DNA from: a virus
DNA length: 64,000 nt
Strand: one strand, 5' to 3'
IMG/VR virus record: IMGVR_UViG_3300036791_000892
Location: 2,967 to 66,966 of that record
The position numbers and the translations under genes were made by a program. The notes beneath the pieces were generated by a model, which made no database searches, was not told where the DNA came from, and saw only the letters and a list, made by a program, of their open reading frames with translations. Numbering within the stretch: position 1 is the first letter of the stretch; every line of letters begins with the position of its first letter. Shown piece by piece: positions 59,698-64,000 of the stretch.

Positions 59698-61182
59698 TTA
59701 AGGATTGACAGTTACGATCACATTGACAGTGTGTATAGCTCCCGCCAGTTTCGCCGCTACCTGAATGGGAACTGACATCCGTGAGCTCCTGTTAGCTTGG
59801 CTCTGGGTACTAATCGGAGGAGCAAAGACATAATATCCTTTTGACATGAAATCTCCCTGATCTAGTGCTCCGAATCCAGCTTGATTCCAGATGCCGGGGG
59901 CCAGTTGGCCGTTTTGTACGAACTGAGAACATACCTGCTCAACAGTCGTAGTAAGAATATGCATCCCGGCATCGGTCTGTGGGATCTTCGTTGTTGTTGT
60001 ATACAGATCATTATAGAGAGCAGTCTGTATGGTGATGGCAAGAACATCAGTACCAATGACGGTATCGAGGAATTGGCCGCTCGAAGCAACTCCTGGTTCA
60101 ATGATAGCTGTGCTGTTGTCATAGTTCACAAAAACATTGCAGTTCTTGGCTTCAACTGCAGCGATCTGAGTAGTGTTGAGAGTTTCAGCGATGATACCGG
60201 GTTCCTGCTTATACATCAACGTAATCACCGAATTGTTCGCGGTGTAATCTGTAGTCAGGATACGAGCAAGCAAACTCACCACAGCATAGGGATTCGAGCT
60301 GCTATACTGTACGGTTGTCTTATTAAACTTCAACTGACTGAGTAGATAAGCAACGTCGGTGATGGAACCAGGATTCAGTGTGTTGGCATCTAGTGTGGAA
60401 ACACCATAAAGATGCTTGTTATTACCAGCCTCAATGTATGGAGCAATGGCCTGATGATCAGCAGTCACAGCACCGAGAACCGTAACAGCATACCACTGCT
60501 GGCCAAACTGTGAATCAAACAGGGTTACAGCAGCCAGAGCAGTTTCTGCTACCATGCCATTGGCCTGATAACCGCCATCAGTGGACCCCAAGCCTAGAAC
60601 ATGACTGGCATCCGTGCCAGTACCCGGAGGAGTAGCAAATGAAACCAGAGACGTAGCTCCGGTTGTTGCACTGGTAATCTCAAATCGGTTATAAACCGAG
60701 TTGTAGACGCAGGTAGCTGAAGCTCCGAGGCCTGTCTGGATAATGGATGCAACTGCATTGAAACTTGAAGCTGCTGAGAAGTTGAGTGCCGCCAAATTCT
60801 TCACAGTCGCATCGATGGTGATAGTGAACCCACCAAGGCTAATGGCTTGAATGGAACCAAGTGAGCCCACAGGACCACCGAAAAGCCTGCCAGGAGTTGG
60901 GGTTTGAGCCCAACGACCAATCAGAAGTAGCGGTGGCTGAGGAGATTGTTCAAACCACAATACGGCTGCAAGATATTCGGGTGCACTGGAACCGAAATCA
61001 GCTGCAACCTGGTTAATACTGGTGTATTGCCGCAGGCGACTCTTGACATCGATAACAGAGCTTGAACCGAGGATCAGGAGCGTGGAGGTACTTTGAGATT
61101 GCGCTGCGCTCGGCGTCAGATTAACCGAGACGTTGATTAGACGTGAAACCGGTAACGCTGGTGTTACTGGAGTAGTAGACAT
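59698..61182 (-). CDS. tail sheath protein (DUF3383-like)
   Basis: V..DFG....EY.AA...F.QSP.P, KQEPG, KIPQTD.G, AGAIH.V. Confidence 0.9.
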   Translation of the reverse strand: MSTTPVTPALPVSRLINVSVNLTPSAAQSQSTSTLLILGSSSVIDVKSRLRQYTSINQVAADFGSSAPEYLAAVLWFEQSPQPPLLLIGRWAQTPTPGRLFGGPVGSLGSIQAISLGGFTITIDATVKNLAALNFSAASSFNAVASIIQTGLGASATCVYNSVYNRFEITSATTGATSLVSFATPPGTGTDASHVLGLGSTDGGYQANGMVAETALAAVTLFDSQFGQQWYAVTVLGAVTADHQAIAPYIEAGNNKHLYGVSTLDANTLNPGSITDVAYLLSQLKFNKTTVQYSSSNPYAVVSLLARILTTDYTANNSVITLMYKQEPGIIAETLNTTQIAAVEAKNCNVFVNYDNSTAIIEPGVASSGQFLDTVIGTDVLAITIQTALYNDLYTTTTKIPQTDAGMHILTTTVEQVCSQFVQNGQLAPGIWNQAGFGALDQGDFMSKGYYVFAPPISTQSQANRSSRMSVPIQVAAKLAGAIHTVNVIVTVNP

Positions 61183-61193
61183 GATTAAGCTCC

Positions 61194-61838
61194 TTATCCT
61201 TGGGTCCAGTTACCTGTTCCCCAACCGCCTGTAAAACTTCCAAGAGGGCCCCAAACAAAAAGTGGAGCATCCTGTGGTGGAACCGTTATGTTTACTGAGT
61301 TTCCATCGGCATTGATTGACAGTGTTGAACCCAGAAGATTTAGAATATTATAGAGATAAGTAACAGCTCTACGCAGATGAAATTGAACATCAACTCTTGG
61401 AACCCAGCGTTCATGGTGCATGTCCATCGTAGTTATTGAATCATCGCAGGAGACAAAAGCATAGCCCTGAGTTGTCATAAACTCACGGTTCTGAGCAAGA
61501 CCGAAACCCATCACAAGTATCTCGGCATTCTTTTTAGCATTGGGTCCGTAGAAGCTACATAAGACTGTTAAGACCTCAAGACGTGATACACTGTTTTCAC
61601 TGACAAAAGGAAACGTATCACGACTACGGTTCATTTCGCCGACAGCAGCCCAGTCAACTCCAAAGTTTGGAATATTAGCCGGTTCTCCATCCGGCTGTAC
61701 TCTCTGGAATATCCATCTACCATCCATTCCGGTTATGCCCACAACGATAGCTTGCAGGAATCTCTGTAGATAGATGTCCTCAAGAGGTAAAGAGCTGGGA
61801 ATTGGTTGGAGATAACCAATGGTACTGCTGCTACTCAT
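61194..61838 (-). CDS. neck/tail terminator protein
   Basis: synteny; CSFYGP.A, QNRE motifs. Confidence 0.7.
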   Translation of the reverse strand: MSSSSTIGYLQPIPSSLPLEDIYLQRFLQAIVVGITGMDGRWIFQRVQPDGEPANIPNFGVDWAAVGEMNRSRDTFPFVSENSVSRLEVLTVLCSFYGPNAKKNAEILVMGFGLAQNREFMTTQGYAFVSCDDSITTMDMHHERWVPRVDVQFHLRRAVTYLYNILNLLGSTLSINADGNSVNITVPPQDAPLFVWGPLGSFTGGWGTGNWTQG

Positions 61839-62242
61839 TGTGTCACCTCCGGAATGGCATTCATATCCATCATCTCACAGACAGCTTTAACAAAACCTGT
61901 ACCGTACCTGCTGTAGTCATCAACGGAAACTACAACGAATTGATTACCACCCCAAATTACCAGGTCGGGCTGATAGTCTTGCGGAACTCCATCCTGAGTC
62001 TGCCCGCGCAAAGCAAACTTGGTGTAAACCATTAGGACTTTTCCGGCAATCTGAGCCTCTGGATTCCTCTGAAGTCGAGGAGCACTGTCTGGAGCTACAA
62101 CTCCGGCCACCTGAGAGAAGGTTTGAGGCTGGGGGATGCCTACCTCGCCTGATGTATTCACCAGTTGAGCCCTTCGTATAACATCAAAATAATCCAGTGT
62201 GTACGGATTAGTTAATGCCGCACTCACATCCATCAGTGGCAT
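61835..62242 (-). CDS. head closure protein
   Basis: synteny; PD.V.W.G..F.V..V.DYS.YG.GF. Confidence 0.7.
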   Translation of the reverse strand: MPLMDVSAALTNPYTLDYFDVIRRAQLVNTSGEVGIPQPQTFSQVAGVVAPDSAPRLQRNPEAQIAGKVLMVYTKFALRGQTQDGVPQDYQPDLVIWGGNQFVVVSVDDYSRYGTGFVKAVCEMMDMNAIPEVTQ

Positions 62243-62243
62243 C

Positions 62244-62726
62244 TTACTTCCCCTTCACTAATACATATCCTATCGAGTTTCTCATTTGACCGGTGGTGAT
62301 TAATGCACGTCCTTTTTTTCTTCTTCTCGTCTTGGAACTCAACGGAGCAAATGGACCTGTGTATATTTTAGCGCGAATGGCAGCAGCGGTAATAGTTCCA
62401 ACTGCATTAAGTCCATCCTCAATAGCTGCTTTATCTCCTCTCAAAGTTTTTCTGGCTGTCTGCCTCAAAATGACTTGATTCTTTTCCCGGGCATTCTCAG
62501 CTCCGGGAATCATAAATGGTCGAGCTGGAATATTTGATGAAGGACTCCCGGTGTCTTGGATGTATGCCAAGGTTGCGTTGTTGATACGATTGGGAACACG
62601 GTCGAGCTTATCTGGAACAACCCCGACATGAACCTTCGACTTGGCTAGAGTTGCTATCATCTTCTCTAAAGCAGGAGTGTTATCTACTGCAAGCTCAGTC
62701 TTAACCAATATTTCTTTGTTCTTCAT
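62244..62726 (-). CDS. neck/tail-completion protein
   Basis: start reassigned to MKNKE; NA.LA...G.P..NIPARPF, LI.TG.MR.SI.Y. Confidence 0.75.
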   Translation of the reverse strand: MKNKEILVKTELAVDNTPALEKMIATLAKSKVHVGVVPDKLDRVPNRINNATLAYIQDTGSPSSNIPARPFMIPGAENAREKNQVILRQTARKTLRGDKAAIEDGLNAVGTITAAAIRAKIYTGPFAPLSSKTRRRKKGRALITTGQMRNSIGYVLVKGK

Positions 62727-63217
62727 CTGTACCAGTACATTCCTGTTACAGGACCTGGCCATGCTGCACCATATCCATAGCCCATGTACCCGTAACCAAC
62801 ATCCATCCCTGCGCCAACCTGTATCGGCCCAGTGCCGACCATCATTGCCAGCCACCAGAATTGCTGGCCGTAGATCGTATAATTCCACCACCCGGCATCC
62901 TTGTTAACAACTGCTTGTGTGTTGTATCCAAGACTAATAGGACCAACAGTCTCATACTCGATAGGACCTCGAGTGACACCTGTTATCCCGCCTGATCCTC
63001 CCCCTTTCAGTGTATTGTAGGCTTGTAGTGATAGGTTATGAGCCATGAATAGTTCAAGACCGTAGTTGAGTAACTCTCCCCAACGAAGAGGATTCAACAG
63101 AAGATTTCCGAAGTCTAACCACATCTGAAGAGAAGTGTCTGGATACACAGTCTTGTCAGAGAATTGCGGAAGATCCGTACGAAACTGATCGATAGTGAGA
63201 GGTACGCTCGGGTCCAT
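62723..63217 (-). CDS. head-tail adaptor (DUF4054-like)
   Basis: FR...PQF.D...YPD, L..AH.L.L, WN.T.YGQQF. Confidence 0.85.
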   Translation of the reverse strand: MDPSVPLTIDQFRTDLPQFSDKTVYPDTSLQMWLDFGNLLLNPLRWGELLNYGLELFMAHNLSLQAYNTLKGGGSGGITGVTRGPIEYETVGPISLGYNTQAVVNKDAGWWNYTIYGQQFWWLAMMVGTGPIQVGAGMDVGYGYMGYGYGAAWPGPVTGMYWYR

Positions 63218-63268
63218 AACTACTCCTGAAAAGGTAGGGCAGTGATCGACTACTGCCCCTATGCCCGC

Positions 63269-63967
63269 TTACTTATTTTTCTTTCTCCGGAGACCGTGAA
63301 ACGATTTAGCGGAAGTTGTATCTTCTTCTTCTTCCTCTTCTTCATCCTCCTCTTCCTCGTTGTCGGCTGTCCGAGCTTTGCCCTTCGATTTTCCTTTGGG
63401 CTTGGACTCTCCTGCAAGCTCAGCGGGACTCTTTGGAGGTTGACCCGGTTCTGCGCCTTCTTGATTCGGAGGAGCAGCTTCACGGGCGCCAGATTCGTAA
63501 TTCTGAACCTGAGTCTGGCGAGCGGCCTGATCTTGTGTGTCCTCCCATTTGGCCACATCTTCCCTGTACTCTTCCTGTGCATCAGGATCAAGACTATCGT
63601 AGAAGCCTTGAGCACCAGAGAGTTCTGTGACTGGAACACCACTGGCTTGCATGAAATGAAGATCTTTATCACCCATGACACCTGGAGTTCCGCCATTTTT
63701 CTTCACCTTGCTAAGCCAGCCGGGTTTGCTTTCTTGCTTCTTCGCTCCACTCAGCTTAAGGTATGGTTCATCAGCGAGATGCTGAGGAACTTCAATGACA
63801 CCGGCGGGGAAATCAACCACGCCATTTCTTGTAGTTAAGCGTACTGGACGAGGGAATGACATGGTGACAGTTCCCTCTCCGGACTTCTTCGCATCTTCTG
63901 GAGACTTCGGAGCTTTTGTAGCTGCGGAGGCAAAAGGCGTTTGTTCCTGTTGTTTTTCGTCAACCAT
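63269..63967 (-). CDS. hypothetical head-region protein with acidic low-complexity tail
   Basis: GGAG SD before MVDEK; F.AG..EVP..LA..PY motif. Confidence 0.6.
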   Translation of the reverse strand: MVDEKQQEQTPFASAATKAPKSPEDAKKSGEGTVTMSFPRPVRLTTRNGVVDFPAGVIEVPQHLADEPYLKLSGAKKQESKPGWLSKVKKNGGTPGVMGDKDLHFMQASGVPVTELSGAQGFYDSLDPDAQEEYREDVAKWEDTQDQAARQTQVQNYESGAREAAPPNQEGAEPGQPPKSPAELAGESKPKGKSKGKARTADNEEEEDEEEEEEEDTTSAKSFHGLRRKKNK

Positions 63968-64000
63968 TTCTAATCTCCTCACATTCTTAGAGCTTTTGTG

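Noticed and set aside
1-64000. Integrated prophage with host flanks
   Set aside because: No host housekeeping genes, integrase or att-like junction; both ends lie within the same morphogenesis operon.

Overview
This window is most of the genome of a contractile-tailed (myovirus) dsDNA phage. Morphogenesis genes lie on the minus strand at both ends: terminase, portal, MuF-like and DUF2213-like genes at 1-5.5 kb, terS at 11.1-11.9 kb, and neck, sheath, tube, tape measure, baseplate and fibre genes at 45.4-64 kb. The two ends probably join through a few missing kb that hold the major capsid gene. The plus strand carries about 60 small early genes (5.8-30 kb) and a replication/nucleotide-modification block (32.6-45.4 kb). 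That block encodes a SNF2 helicase, a Nudix fusion, a dCTPase/dUTPase-like enzyme, two thymidylate-synthase-fold proteins, dCMP deaminase, a UDG-PolA fusion, an exonuclease, an ATPase, an SSB and a VRR-NUC; a primase-helicase lies on the minus strand at 30.5-32.5 kb. The most striking structure is a 5.6-kb opposite-strand island separating terL from terS. It is built from about ten repeated units of C-rich repeat, CCCTTGACA promoter, mostly leaderless ATG, small gene and often a hairpin. A shared 10-bp site (TTCTTATACG) lies on or beside the -10 box of several units, and two paralogous HTH genes bracket the island. No integrase, tRNA, CRISPR array or clear endolysin was seen. Family names come from motif recognition by eye, not from database searches.
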